The translations under genes and the position numbers were made by a program. Below are positions 26,866 through 37,612 of a stretch of 64,000 nucleotides of DNA, in pieces. Numbering within the stretch: position 1 is the first letter of the stretch; each line of letters starts with the position of its first letter. Source of the DNA: Crocinitomicaceae bacterium (GTDB lineage: Bacteria; Bacteroidota; Bacteroidia; Flavobacteriales_D; Crocinitomicaceae). The stretch spans positions 2,794 to 66,793 of the forward strand of contig JAJTCM010000004.1 in NCBI GenBank assembly GCA_021325675.1, in the 5' to 3' direction. The notes under the pieces are model-generated. The model saw only the letters and a list, made by a program, of their open reading frames with translations. It was not told where the DNA came from and searched no databases.

Positions 26866-27311
26866 CTTTTGCATTCCGTGCGCTATATTACTAATAAACA
26901 TTTGAATGTTCAAAAGTCAGGTAGATTTCACCGTAACATTTTGCTTTTTTTGCGCTAAATTTATAGAAAATTTGGTGGAACATCTTTTAAAATTGAATAC
27001 GAGACAAACGGCTCCTTTGCTTCGACAAAAATTTGAAAACAAACTGTGAATATCTTTTTAACCCTGTTAATAATCGTGTTAAGGGTTGATATCAAAGGAC
27101 TTCACATTTTTAATGTTAATAACCTCTAAAGTTGTTAATTTCTTTAGCTTGCAAAAGGAGAGTTTTTTGACAAATTTTGTACTCCCCAATTATGAAGAAC
27201 TAGCGCTTCACTATTACACCCGGTTGAGGGAAGGGAAACAACCAAAATATTAAGAATCTGGCTTAAGGGCAGCAATGTTCTTCAGGCAAATATTGACTAA
27301 AAAATTTAAAA

Positions 27312-28286
27312 ATGGCACACGTAGAACCGATATTAGAACCGAATGATAACCGTTTCGTATTGTTCCCGATTCAGCACGATGATATCTGGCAATTTTACAA
27401 AAAAGCGGAGGCGAGCTTCTGGACGGCCGAAGAGATTGACCTGGGTCAGGATTTGATCGACTGGGAGAACAAGCTGAATGACAACGAGCGTCATTTTATC
27501 AAACATATCCTGGCGTTCTTCGCTGCTTCCGATGGTATTGTGAACGAAAACCTGGCGGAAAATTTCCTTTCCGAGGTGCAGTACACCGAAGCTAAGTTCT
27601 TTTACGGGTTCCAGGTGGCGATTGAAAATATCCACTCCGAAACCTACTCCCTGCTGATCGACACCTACATCAAGGATACAACCGACAAGAACCATTTGTT
27701 CAATGCGATTGACACCCTGGACTGCGTGAAGAAAAAAGCCGAATGGGCGCTGCGCTGGATCGACAAAGGGAATTTCGCTGAGCGTCTCGTAGCATTCGCG
27801 GCAGTGGAAGGGATTTTCTTCTCCGGTTCATTCTGCTCCATTTTCTGGCTGAAGAAACGCGGTTTAATGCCGGGCCTTTCCTTCTCCAACGAGCTGATTT
27901 CCCGCGACGAAGGCTTGCATTGCGATTTCGCTTGCTTGCTGTACAATAAGCACGTTGTCAATAAATTAGACAAAAACCAGATCAAAGAAATTATTGTTGA
28001 CGCCGTAGAGATCGAGAAGGAATTTATCACAGATGCCCTTCCGGTAAAGCTGATCGGGATGAACAGCGATTTAATGTCACAGTACATCGAATTCGTAGCT
28101 GACCGCTTGCTGGTTGAGCTGGGCAATGAGAAAGTATACAACGTGAGCAACCCGTTTGATTTCATGGATATGATTTCCATCCAGGGGAAAACCAACTTCT
28201 TCGAGAAACGCGTAGCGGAGTACCAGAAAGCAGGGGTAATGGGCAACAAGGAAGACCAGTCTTTCAGCTTAGACGAAGATTTTTAG
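27312..28286 (+). CDS. nrdB: Ribonucleotide reductase class Ia beta subunit
   Basis: [22 protein letters not shown] (radical Tyr), [25 protein letters not shown]. Confidence 0.97.
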   Translation: MAHVEPILEPNDNRFVLFPIQHDDIWQFYKKAEASFWTAEEIDLGQDLIDWENKLNDNERHFIKHILAFFAASDGIVNENLAENFLSEVQYTEAKFFYGFQVAIENIHSETYSLLIDTYIKDTTDKNHLFNAIDTLDCVKKKAEWALRWIDKGNFAERLVAFAAVEGIFFSGSFCSIFWLKKRGLMPGLSFSNELISRDEGLHCDFACLLYNKHVVNKLDKNQIKEIIVDAVEIEKEFITDALPVKLIGMNSDLMSQYIEFVADRLLVELGNEKVYNVSNPFDFMDMISIQGKTNFFEKRVAEYQKAGVMGNKEDQSFSLDEDF

Positions 28287-28342
28287 TAAATGCTGCCATG
28301 CAGCAAGATGAGATATAGTATAAAACCAAAATCAATTAAGAG

Positions 28343-30733
28343 ATGTACGTAGTAAAAAGAGATGGACGAAAAGAGGCAGTAAAATTTGACAAAATTACGG
28401 CCCGTATTGTGAAAATGTGTTACGGACTCGATCCGTTAGTTTCACCGGAAGCGGTTGCGATGAAAGTAATCGAAGGGATTTACGATGGCGTTACTACCAG
28501 TGTGCTCGACAACCTGGCTGCGGAAACAGCTGCTGCCAAAACAATCGATCACCCGGATTACGCTTTGCTGGCTTCCCGCATTGCAGTTTCCAACCTGCAC
28601 AAGGAGACGAAAAAATCGTTTTCCGAAGTGATGGAAGACATGTACAACTACATTGATCCGAAAACCAACCAACGTGCATCCCTGTTGGCAGACGACGTGT
28701 ATGAAGTGATCCAGGAGCACAAGGACACCTTGGATTCCAGCATCATTTACGATCGTGATTTCCGCTACGACTACTTTGGTTTTAAAACACTTTCCCGCTC
28801 TTACTTATTGAAGCTCGATGGCAAAATTGCTGAACGTCCCCAGCAAATGCTGATGCGTGTTTCTATCGGGATCCACAAACACGATATCCAGGCAGCGATT
28901 AAAACCTATAACCTGATGTCAGAAGGTTGGTTTACACACGCAACGCCGACTTTATTCAACTCCGGTACACCGAAACCACAGATGTCATCCTGCTTCCTGT
29001 TGACTATGAAAGAAGACAGCATTGACGGAATCTACGAAACATTAAAATCCTGCGCTAAGATTTCCCAGTCTGCAGGCGGTATTGGTCTCGCTTTGCACGA
29101 TGTTCGCGCAACGGGAACTTACATCAAGGGAACAAACGGTACTTCCAACGGGATCGTTCCAATGCTGCGCGTTTACAACGACACTGCCCGCTACGTTGAC
29201 CAGGGCGGGGGCAAGCGCAAAGGTTCTTTCGCTATGTACATCGAGCCATGGCATGCAGACGTGTTTGACTTCCTTGACCTGAAGAAGAACCACGGTAAAG
29301 AAGAGCAGCGCGCACGTGATTTGTTCTATGCCCTCTGGATTCCGGATTTGTTCATGAAGCGCGTGGAAGAAAACGCTGACTGGACTTTGATGTGCCCGCA
29401 TGAGTGCCCGGGATTGTCCGACTCACACAGCGCTGAATTTGAAGCATTATACACAAAATACGAAGCGGAAGGAAAAGGAAGAAAAACCATTAAGGCGCAA
29501 GACCTGTGGTTCAAAATCCTCGAATCCCAGATCGAAACAGGAACACCGTACATGCTGTACAAAGACGCGGCCAACTCCAAGTCTAACCAGCAGAACCTCG
29601 GAACAATCAAGTCTTCCAACCTGTGCACCGAAATCATCGAGTACACGGCCCCGGACGAGATCGCAGTATGTAACCTGGCTTCCCTGGCTTTGCCTAAATT
29701 CGTTACCGAAGAAGGATCTTTCGACCACGACAAGCTGTTCGAAGTGACTTACCAGGCAACGATGAACTTAAACCGCATCATCGACGGGAACTATTACCCG
29801 GTTGAAGAAGCACGCAACTCCAACATGCGCCACCGTCCGATCGGATTAGGCGTACAAGGTTTGGCAGATGCTTTCATCCTGATGCGTTTTCCATTCGAAT
29901 CCGAAGAGGCACGCAAGCTGAACCGCGAGATTTTCGAAACAATTTACTACGCATCCATGACGGCTTCCAAAGACCTCGCGAAAGTGGAAGGACCCTACGA
30001 AACGTATGCAGGCTCACCGGTTTCCAAAGGAATTTTCCAGTTCGATATGTGGGGCGTTACCCCAAGCCCACGCTGGGAATGGGATGTGTTGAAAGAAGAA
30101 GTGAAAACGTACGGTGTACGCAACTCGTTGTTGCTCGCTCCGATGCCAACTGCTTCTACAGCGCAAATCCTGGGGAATAACGAGTGCTTCGAGCCTTACA
30201 CTTCCAATATCTATACCCGTCGCGTACTTTCAGGTGAGTTCATCATCGTGAACAAACACTTATTGAAAGACCTCGTGAAAGAAGGTTTGTGGAACAAGGA
30301 CATGCGCCAGAAACTGATGGTTTCCAACGGTTCCGTTCAGAATATCCCGGAAATCCCGACTCACATTAAAGAATTGTATAAAACAGCCTGGGAAATTTCC
30401 CAAAAAGCAATCATCGAGCTGGCTGCAGACCGCGGGGCTTACATTTGCCAGTCGCAATCCCTGAACATCTTCATGGAGAACGCGAACTTTGGTAAACTGA
30501 CTTCCATGCACTTCTACGGCTGGAAAAAAGGCCTCAAAACAGGTATGTACTACCTGAGAACAAAAGCTGCAACTGACGCGATCAAGTTCACCGTTGACAA
30601 AAACATCAACGCGGTCCCCGAAGAAAGCGCGGCGGCGGTAAATGATACCATCGTTCGCTCAATCGAAGAAGAACAAGCTGCAATCGCATGCTCTTTGGAT
30701 AACCCGGATGCATGTGAAATGTGCTCAGGGTAG
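28343..30733 (+). CDS. nrdA: Ribonucleotide reductase class Ia alpha subunit with ATP cone
   Basis: VVKRDG ATP cone, [41 protein letters not shown]-terminal CEMC. Confidence 0.97.
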   Translation: MYVVKRDGRKEAVKFDKITARIVKMCYGLDPLVSPEAVAMKVIEGIYDGVTTSVLDNLAAETAAAKTIDHPDYALLASRIAVSNLHKETKKSFSEVMEDMYNYIDPKTNQRASLLADDVYEVIQEHKDTLDSSIIYDRDFRYDYFGFKTLSRSYLLKLDGKIAERPQQMLMRVSIGIHKHDIQAAIKTYNLMSEGWFTHATPTLFNSGTPKPQMSSCFLLTMKEDSIDGIYETLKSCAKISQSAGGIGLALHDVRATGTYIKGTNGTSNGIVPMLRVYNDTARYVDQGGGKRKGSFAMYIEPWHADVFDFLDLKKNHGKEEQRARDLFYALWIPDLFMKRVEENADWTLMCPHECPGLSDSHSAEFEALYTKYEAEGKGRKTIKAQDLWFKILESQIETGTPYMLYKDAANSKSNQQNLGTIKSSNLCTEIIEYTAPDEIAVCNLASLALPKFVTEEGSFDHDKLFEVTYQATMNLNRIIDGNYYPVEEARNSNMRHRPIGLGVQGLADAFILMRFPFESEEARKLNREIFETIYYASMTASKDLAKVEGPYETYAGSPVSKGIFQFDMWGVTPSPRWEWDVLKEEVKTYGVRNSLLLAPMPTASTAQILGNNECFEPYTSNIYTRRVLSGEFIIVNKHLLKDLVKEGLWNKDMRQKLMVSNGSVQNIPEIPTHIKELYKTAWEISQKAIIELAADRGAYICQSQSLNIFMENANFGKLTSMHFYGWKKGLKTGMYYLRTKAATDAIKFTVDKNINAVPEESAAAVNDTIVRSIEEEQAAIACSLDNPDACEMCSG

Positions 30734-30869
30734 GCTTCTGAAAGAAGACTACCAATTTCGCAAGAAATTGAGCCTTTGAAAAAGGCCTGAGCAACATTCA
30801 GCGCAGCTACATGTGTTCTGGATAGAAAATTTATAAGTAGAATTATGCTTTAAGCATTATAAGCTACGG

Positions 30870-30903
30870 ACCCGCTTTTATTTCGATAGGAGCGGGTTTT
30901 TTT
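30870..30903 (+). terminator. Intrinsic terminator after nrdA
   Basis: ACCCGCTTTTAT-TTCG-ATAGGAGCGGGT followed by a T tract. Confidence 0.9.
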
Positions 30904-30936
30904 ATCTATTTTTGTCTTAGAAACCAGAAATCAACC

Positions 30937-31650
30937 ATGCAGAAACTCATTTTCACACATCTCCTCCTCCTTAGCTGCGCTGCTGCCTTCGGCGGTCTCA
31001 CATTCACCTCTCATGCTCAAAACTCCGGCTCTTTCCTGCTCATCCGTACCTACGGCAAAAACTCAGGCAGCCAGATCCTCGAAAGCCGGGTGTATGAAAA
31101 ATACAGGTCACAGATTAAAGTCGATTCCTCCAAAATTGTAGAATACGGGCCGTATGAGGTTTTGTTTATTGACAAGGGGAATAAATCCATCCGGGAATTT
31201 AAATTCAAGGACAGCACAGGCTTAAATCTAGGGAGGTTGCGTGATTCCCTGAAAACAGTTGAGCCACGTTACGGTATGGGTGCAGCTATAAGCTTTGCGC
31301 GGCAAATGGCGGACAGCTTGGTGAAAAGCGGGGTATACTTTTATACCGTTCCCCAATTGGCAGCCAAAGAAACGTATGAATTAAGTTTCACCGCCTTTTT
31401 TGGCTCAAATGATCCTGAAAATAATCCCGCATATTGGGATTTCCGCCAGACATTTACAAAAGAATTTGAATCGGGCAAAGGCAAAAAAAACGTTCACATG
31501 TATATGTCCCGAGAGGGTGAGCTGGGAGTGTTGCTCTACCTGGAAAACAAGGACTTTGATTTGAAGAGGCTGGACAAATACACCTTGAATTTTTCGAAAA
31601 AGCCGATTATCCGTCCGCGCTTGTATGAGCTGGTTCTTTTTGAACAATGA
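30937..31650 (+). CDS. Hypothetical exported protein
   Basis: 237-aa ORF with a signal-like N terminus; TATTTTTG promoter at 30907-30914. Confidence 0.7.
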   Translation: MQKLIFTHLLLLSCAAAFGGLTFTSHAQNSGSFLLIRTYGKNSGSQILESRVYEKYRSQIKVDSSKIVEYGPYEVLFIDKGNKSIREFKFKDSTGLNLGRLRDSLKTVEPRYGMGAAISFARQMADSLVKSGVYFYTVPQLAAKETYELSFTAFFGSNDPENNPAYWDFRQTFTKEFESGKGKKNVHMYMSREGELGVLLYLENKDFDLKRLDKYTLNFSKKPIIRPRLYELVLFEQ

Positions 31651-31668
31651 ACCTTTTAGAATTCTATC

Positions 31669-32976
31669 TTATTTCAATAATCCCTTAAAATTCCCAGTTG
31701 TCAAAGCGATATTGAGCTCAGCGGTTTTCACGGCGAGCTGCGCGATCAGCAAACGGCTTTGTGCCTGCACAACAGAAAACTGGATTTCACGTAAGTCCAT
31801 GGAAGTGAGAGCGCCGTTTTCGAAGGTTTTTTGGGCAATTCCCAATACTTCTTCCGCATTGACGATGTTTTGGCTTTCCATGCGCAGGTTCGTCAGCGCC
31901 CATTCATATTCGTTAAAATCCTTGCGCAGCTCATTTTCGATAAACAAAGCCTGCTGCTGTTCGGAAAGCCTGGCGTTTTCGGTTTGCAGGACATTGTTTT
32001 TCAACTGTGTATAAGTCGAAAGACGGTCGAGGATTGTCCAGCTTAATGTAAAACCGAAGCCTGAGCCGTAAAAGCGGTTCGAATTGAGAATCCCTATCTG
32101 GTTTTGTGATTTACCGAAGCCGTATTGTGCATAAAAACTCAGCTGCGGATAGTAAAACGACTGGATTTCCTTGCGCTGCATTTCCGTAAGCGCGATAGCG
32201 GATTTAGCGAGCAAAAGCTGCGTATTTTGTTCCCTGGCTTGTTGAGCCACATTTTCCCAGGCAAGTGGCGTGCTGCTTTGGATCTCACCGGCCAGCGTAA
32301 ACTGGAAAGCTGGATTTTGTCCCATCAACTGGGCGAGGTCGATTTTCAGGTCGGCTACATTTTTCTGGTGCTGGAGCAGGGAAGAGCTGTCCGCTATAAG
32401 ATCAAGCCGTGACTGGATCAGCATCAACTCGGATTCGCTGCCGTGTTTCACACGCATTTCATTGAACTGGTAGCGGGCAATGGATAAATCCAGCGCTTGC
32501 TGGTAAACTTCCGTCATGCGCTGCTGCTGGATGATAGTGGAATACAAAACAGTCGCCTGGTAAATCTTCATTTCCATTTCAGCATTCAGGTTCAGCACGG
32601 CTATGTCTTGCTGCTGTTGTAAGCGCTTATCTGTGGCAAACATGCGAAAGCCGTCGAAAAAGGTCCAGTTGAGAAGCAATGCTGCATTCGTAGAAGTATT
32701 TTTAGCATTGCTGGCTTCGTTGACCTGTCCGCTGAAGAATTCCTGGCGGGTATTGTTAAAGCTCCAGTTTTGGTCAGCATTTAACCCGATAGTTGGCAAA
32801 TAACCGGCTTCACCCGGGTTGTTGAGGTTTTCCGCCATCGTCACGTTATTGCGTTCAATACGAACGTCAAAATTCGCTTCCAGCACTTTGGCAACTACCG
32901 TTTCCAGGCTCAGGTTTTCCTGTGCGCTGAGCTGCAAAGCAAGAAAAGGGATTAAAAGAAAAAGGTAAAATTTCAT
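31669..32976 (-). CDS. TolC-family outer-membrane efflux protein
   Basis: Signal peptide, GYLPTIGL and YYPQLSF repeats, WTFFDGF; last gene of the RND operon. Confidence 0.9.
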   Translation of the reverse strand: MKFYLFLLIPFLALQLSAQENLSLETVVAKVLEANFDVRIERNNVTMAENLNNPGEAGYLPTIGLNADQNWSFNNTRQEFFSGQVNEASNAKNTSTNAALLLNWTFFDGFRMFATDKRLQQQQDIAVLNLNAEMEMKIYQATVLYSTIIQQQRMTEVYQQALDLSIARYQFNEMRVKHGSESELMLIQSRLDLIADSSSLLQHQKNVADLKIDLAQLMGQNPAFQFTLAGEIQSSTPLAWENVAQQAREQNTQLLLAKSAIALTEMQRKEIQSFYYPQLSFYAQYGFGKSQNQIGILNSNRFYGSGFGFTLSWTILDRLSTYTQLKNNVLQTENARLSEQQQALFIENELRKDFNEYEWALTNLRMESQNIVNAEEVLGIAQKTFENGALTSMDLREIQFSVVQAQSRLLIAQLAVKTAELNIALTTGNFKGLLK

Positions 32977-32993
32977 ATCAATGCTATTTGGGA

Positions 32994-35900
32994 TCAGGAT
33001 TCAGCGGTATCGGTTGAGATATGCCTTACTTTTTTCGATGTCAGGTAAATGTAGAGCCCGGGAACCATATACAAAGTCAGGACGAGGGAGAAGGTCAAAC
33101 CGCCCACAATCGAAATACCCATCGGGATCCGGCTCGTGGAAGCGTCGCCCAAAGCGAGGGCAATCGGAAGCGCGCCCAGGATCGTTGCCAGTGTCGTCAT
33201 TAAAATCGGGCGGAAACGTTTAGCGGAAGCATCGATAATCGCTTCTTTGATTGTCAGTCCGTGCTCCCTGCGCTGATTGGCAAATTCTACAATTAAGATC
33301 CCGTTTTTAGTCACCAAACCAACAAGCACAATAATCCCGATTTTAGAGAAAATATTCAAAGTCTGGTCGAACAGCCATAAAGAGAATACTGCCCCTGCCA
33401 GGGCTAGCAGAACCGTTAAAATAATGATTATCGGATCGCGGAAACTCTCAAACTGGGCCGCCAGCACGAGGTAAACAAGCACCAGGGCCAGTAAGAAGGC
33501 CAGCAAAATACTGCTGCCGCTTTCCATAAATTCTTTGGAAGTCCCGGCAAGGCTCGTTGTAAAGTCTTCACCCAAAACTTCCGCTTTGATTTCGTCCATT
33601 GCGGCAATTCCGTCACCAACCGTTTTGCCTTCGGCCGGATCAGCTGAAACAGTCGCAGAAACATAGCGGTTGTAACGGTATAATTGGGAAGTACTGGATT
33701 CATTTTTCAGGTCAACGAGGTTGTCGAGCGGAATCAGCTGGCCGTCCCTGTTACGCACCTGCACAGCTTTTAGATCCGAGGGATCGTCGCGTTTTTCTTT
33801 TTTCGCCTGGCCGATGACTTCGTATTGCTTGCCTTCCATAATGAAGTAGCCGAAGCGTTGTCCGGAGAAATACAATTGAAGTGTCTCGGCAATATCCTGG
33901 ATGGAAACTCCCATGGAAGCCGCTTTGTCCCGGTTGATGCTTACCTGGACTTCCGGTTTGTTGAATTTCAAATCAACGTCCACAATTTTAAAGGTCGGAT
34001 TGGCTGCTGCTTTTGCCAGGAATACCGGGAGCACTTCCTTCATTTTTTCGAAAGTTGGCGCCTGGATTACGTATTGCACCGGTAAACCGGCCGAACGTCC
34101 GCCGCCGATTGTCTGCTCCTGGATAATAAAGCTGCGGGCAAAATTATACTGCTGTAAACGCTTCGTCAGGTCATCAGCGATTTCCTGCTGTGTTCGTTTA
34201 CGTTCGGACGGCGGAACAAGGTTGAGACGTACAAACGAACGGTTTACGGAAACAGAAGCACCGAACCCCGGGGAAGTTACGGCAATCATGGAGCGTTTTT
34301 CGCGCATGGTGTCCGTGAGGTCCACAATCGATTGGTTATACAAATCCATGCGCTCGTAGGATGTTCCTTCGGGCGCGGTAGACATAATCATCAAACGGCT
34401 TTTGTCTTCCAGCGGCGCCAGCTCGTCCTGGAGCGATCCGCCGTTCCAGACAATGAGCACAATGCTGATCGCCATCAGGAAAAAGGCAAGCCAGGGACGT
34501 TTCATAAATTTCGTAAGGCTGGAGCGGTAACGGTTCATCATCCCGTCAAAAAAGCGCTCCGTTACCTGGTAAAAACGGGAATGGCGCTCATTGCGCTTCA
34601 AAAGACGCGAGCTCATCATTGGGGTTAATGTCAGGGAAACAAAGGCAGAAATAATCACCGATCCGGCAACTACGACCCCGAATTCACGGAACAAGCGCCC
34701 CGTTAATCCTTCTAGGAAAATTACCGGCAGGAAAACTGTTGTCAGGGTAATCGTTGTGGAAATAATCGCAAATAAAATCTCTTTTGAGCCTTTGTGGGCA
34801 GCAGGGACAGGATCTTCGCCGTTTTCCACGCGGGTATAAATATTTTCCATCACTACAATAGCGTCATCGACCACCAAACCGGTAGCCAAAACGATTCCCA
34901 GCAAGGTCATGATGTTGATCGAAAATCCCGAAACATACATGATGAAAAAAGTTCCGATCAGGGAAATCGGGATGGTAATAATGGGGATCAACGTTGTACG
35001 CCAGTCGCGGAGGAAAAGGAAAATAATAATCACAACAAGCCCGAAAGCAATCAGGATCGTTTCTTCCACTTCGGAAATCGCCTTGCGGATATTTTCCGTA
35101 GTATCGAGCGCTACGCCTAAACGAACGTCTTTCGGCAGCTCTTTTTTAATCTGGTCAACACGTTTGTAGATTTCATCCACAATTTCAATGTAATTGGCGC
35201 CCGGCTGCGGGTTGATGGCAATTCCAATCATAGGAACACCGCCGTTACCACGTAAGAGCGTACGTTCATTGAGTGGGAGCAGGTTAGCCGAACCAACGTC
35301 TTTCAGGCGGATGATTCTCTGGTCCTGTTCAGCTACGATCAGGTTCGCGAAATCTTCTTCAGTGGTGAGCCGCCCAAAGGTACGGATCGTCATTTCAACG
35401 GTATTTCCGTCAATCCGCCCGGAAGGAAGCTCAATATTCTGGCTCGTTAACGCATTGCGAACATCGAGCGCCGTTAAACCGTAACCCGCCATTTTATCCG
35501 GGTCGAGGTTGAATTTCATGGAATAGCGCTTCTCACCCCAGATCCGGATTTCACTTACGCCTTTGACGGTTTGCAAGCGTTCTTTAAAGACCCTGTTTCC
35601 GAGATCGGTCAGCTCAAGCAGGCTGCGCTTATCAGATTGAACGGTGAGGGAAAAAATCGTTTCTGCGTTTGCATCGGATTTGGCTACAATGGGCGGATCG
35701 GCGTTTTGCGGCAGGTTGCGGACAGCGCCCGAAACTTTATCGCGCACATCATTTGCTGCGGCATCAAGATCAACATTCAGGTCAAATTCCACGGTGATTG
35801 TGCTTCGTCCGTCCCCGCTCACGGAGCTCAGGTTCCGGATTCCTGCAATTCCATTAATGGATTCCTCCAGCGGTTCGGTAATCTGCGACTCGACTACGTC

Positions 35901-36068
35901 GGGGTTAGCGCCGGGATAATTCGTGGTAACGGTAATAATCGGCGGGTCGACGGAAGGGAACTCGCGCACTCCCAGGTAAGAAAAACCGATTACCCCGAAG
36001 ATCACGATCAGGATCGAGAGTACCGTTGCCAGTACCGGGCGGTTGATACTTAAGGAAGCTAAATTCAT
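32994..36068 (-). CDS. RND efflux permease (AcrB/MexW-like)
   Basis: SINRPV, GLVVDDAIVVMENI, GLVTKNGILIVEFAN, RFRPILMTT. Confidence 0.95.
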   Translation of the reverse strand: MNLASLSINRPVLATVLSILIVIFGVIGFSYLGVREFPSVDPPIITVTTNYPGANPDVVESQITEPLEESINGIAGIRNLSSVSGDGRSTITVEFDLNVDLDAAANDVRDKVSGAVRNLPQNADPPIVAKSDANAETIFSLTVQSDKRSLLELTDLGNRVFKERLQTVKGVSEIRIWGEKRYSMKFNLDPDKMAGYGLTALDVRNALTSQNIELPSGRIDGNTVEMTIRTFGRLTTEEDFANLIVAEQDQRIIRLKDVGSANLLPLNERTLLRGNGGVPMIGIAINPQPGANYIEIVDEIYKRVDQIKKELPKDVRLGVALDTTENIRKAISEVEETILIAFGLVVIIIFLFLRDWRTTLIPIITIPISLIGTFFIMYVSGFSINIMTLLGIVLATGLVVDDAIVVMENIYTRVENGEDPVPAAHKGSKEILFAIISTTITLTTVFLPVIFLEGLTGRLFREFGVVVAGSVIISAFVSLTLTPMMSSRLLKRNERHSRFYQVTERFFDGMMNRYRSSLTKFMKRPWLAFFLMAISIVLIVWNGGSLQDELAPLEDKSRLMIMSTAPEGTSYERMDLYNQSIVDLTDTMREKRSMIAVTSPGFGASVSVNRSFVRLNLVPPSERKRTQQEIADDLTKRLQQYNFARSFIIQEQTIGGGRSAGLPVQYVIQAPTFEKMKEVLPVFLAKAAANPTFKIVDVDLKFNKPEVQVSINRDKAASMGVSIQDIAETLQLYFSGQRFGYFIMEGKQYEVIGQAKKEKRDDPSDLKAVQVRNRDGQLIPLDNLVDLKNESSTSQLYRYNRYVSATVSADPAEGKTVGDGIAAMDEIKAEVLGEDFTTSLAGTSKEFMESGSSILLAFLLALVLVYLVLAAQFESFRDPIIIILTVLLALAGAVFSLWLFDQTLNIFSKIGIIVLVGLVTKNGILIVEFANQRREHGLTIKEAIIDASAKRFRPILMTTLATILGALPIALALGDASTSRIPMGISIVGGLTFSLVLTLYMVPGLYIYLTSKKVRHISTDTAES

Positions 36069-37099
36069 TTGTTAACGAGTTTGGTTTTAACCGGCATACC
36101 CGGACGAACGGCCAGTAAACCGGAAATAAGCACCTGGTCGCCCGCTTGCAGATCGCCGATCACCTGGACTTTGTCGGCAGTCCGGATCCCGACTTCCACC
36201 GGGATTTCGACTACTTTTCCACCCCGGGCTACAAGTACTTTCTGTCCTTTCAAAATCGGCACGATACTTTCGGTTGGAACCATAAAAGCATTCACTTCCA
36301 TGCCGAGGTTGTATTTCACGGCAACAAATGACCCGGAAATGAGCTTGCCGTCATTATTCAGGCTCGCCCGGATAGAAAGCATGCGTGTACCTTCATCAAT
36401 AACCGGCTCGTAAGCATAGACTTTTGCTGTATAGGTTTTTTCGCCCCGGTCCAGCTTAAATTCGATTGTCTGCCCGCTTTTTACGGCGCCGGCATAACGC
36501 TCGGAAACGGCGAACTCCACTTTGATGGGGTTTTCCTGGACTAAGGAAGTGATGAGCGTTGTATTGGTGATAAAAGCGCCCTCGCTGACGCGTCTCAAGC
36601 CAATCCTGCCGGAAAACGGCGCGCGGATCACAGTTTTGGAAATCTGGACGTTGATCAGGTCGATCTGCGCTTCCACGGAAGCCAGGTTAGAAGCCGAACG
36701 CTCGTATTCCTCCAGGCTGATGCCTTTGCTGTCCAATAAGCTTTTTTTACGTGCCTCGTCTTTTTTAGCCAGTTCGAGGGCAACGAGCTGTTCTTTTCGC
36801 TGGGCCCGCAGGACATCGCTATCCATTTGCACCAAAATTGCTCCTTTGGAAACAGTTTGCCCTTCCCTGAAATTAATTTTCTGGATCCGGCCGCTGATCT
36901 CGCTGTACAATTGCAGCTCTTCATTTGGAATGATTGTGCCGGGCACGGAAATTTCGCGCAGTACGTCGGTAGGCTCTACTTTTACCACTTCCACTACGCT
37001 GGGTTTGGCGTTTGCTGTTCCAAGGTCTTTTTTCTCTTCCTCTCCGCAGGCGCTGATCAGCAGCCCCAAAGGGATGAGCAGGTATGTAAGTTTAGTCAT
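36065..37099 (-). CDS. RND periplasmic adaptor (membrane fusion lipoprotein)
   Basis: LISAC lipobox, SEISGRI, IRAPFSGRIG, GLLAVRPG. Confidence 0.93.
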   Translation of the reverse strand: MTKLTYLLIPLGLLISACGEEEKKDLGTANAKPSVVEVVKVEPTDVLREISVPGTIIPNEELQLYSEISGRIQKINFREGQTVSKGAILVQMDSDVLRAQRKEQLVALELAKKDEARKKSLLDSKGISLEEYERSASNLASVEAQIDLINVQISKTVIRAPFSGRIGLRRVSEGAFITNTTLITSLVQENPIKVEFAVSERYAGAVKSGQTIEFKLDRGEKTYTAKVYAYEPVIDEGTRMLSIRASLNNDGKLISGSFVAVKYNLGMEVNAFMVPTESIVPILKGQKVLVARGGKVVEIPVEVGIRTADKVQVIGDLQAGDQVLISGLLAVRPGMPVKTKLVNK

Positions 37100-37571
37100 T
37101 TTTCATATCTTTAATCCGGTTATAGAACAATTCAACCTGTTCAACCGGAAGGTCTTTCGTTTGTTTGATCACTTCCTGCAAATTCGAGATGAACCTGATC
37201 CTTTCCTTGCGTTCTATAAAATTAAGGAAAAATTCGTCTGTCTCGTTCAATGCAGCTTCAATTTCATCTACCCAGGGCTTGCCAGCATCTGTAATATACA
37301 GCAAATGCTGCCTGCGGTCGTTCGGGTTAATCCTCCGTTCTACGTACCCGTCTTCTGCGAGACAGTCGAGGACCCGCACCATACTTACTTTGTCAGTTAA
37401 CAGCTGGTCAGCCAATTCCTGCTGGCTGATACTACCCGAGTTTTTTCCTATGAGGTAAAGCGGGTAATAATATCGGTTGATGGGCGTATTTTCCATTCGT
37501 TTCGTAAGGTAACCGATGTACTGCTTGGTCAAAAAGCCAAACATCCGCCCTAGTGTCCAGTCTGTAGTCAT
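37092..37571 (-). CDS. MarR-family transcriptional regulator
   Basis: SQQELAD...DKVSMVRVLDCL...NPNDRRQHLLYITDAG. Confidence 0.92.
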   Translation of the reverse strand: MTTDWTLGRMFGFLTKQYIGYLTKRMENTPINRYYYPLYLIGKNSGSISQQELADQLLTDKVSMVRVLDCLAEDGYVERRINPNDRRQHLLYITDAGKPWVDEIEAALNETDEFFLNFIERKERIRFISNLQEVIKQTKDLPVEQVELFYNRIKDMKND

Positions 37572-37597
37572 GAATAGTAAACAATTTATGTGAGTGA

Positions 37598-37612
37598 TAG
37601 TTTACAAAACTA
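37598..37612 (-). promoter_or_regulatory. Putative MarR operator overlapping the -7 promoter element
   Basis: Palindrome TAGTTT-ACA-AAACTA; contains minus-strand TAGTTTTG (37605-37612). Confidence 0.6.

Noticed and set aside
27312..28286. Class Ic or Id manganese-type RNR
   Set aside because: The first metal ligand is Asp and the radical Tyr is present in a eukaryote-like sequence context.
28343..30733. Intein or intron in nrdA (or in nrdB or the helicase)
   Set aside because: Lengths are normal and the motifs are continuous, with no splice-junction or homing endonuclease signatures.
36522..37400. Long antisense or alternate-frame ORFs (also 11554-12450, 12819-13709, 16315-17109, 43348-44073, 53037-53813, 62620-63474)
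   Set aside because: They are shadows of well-supported genes on the opposite strand and contain no recognisable motifs.
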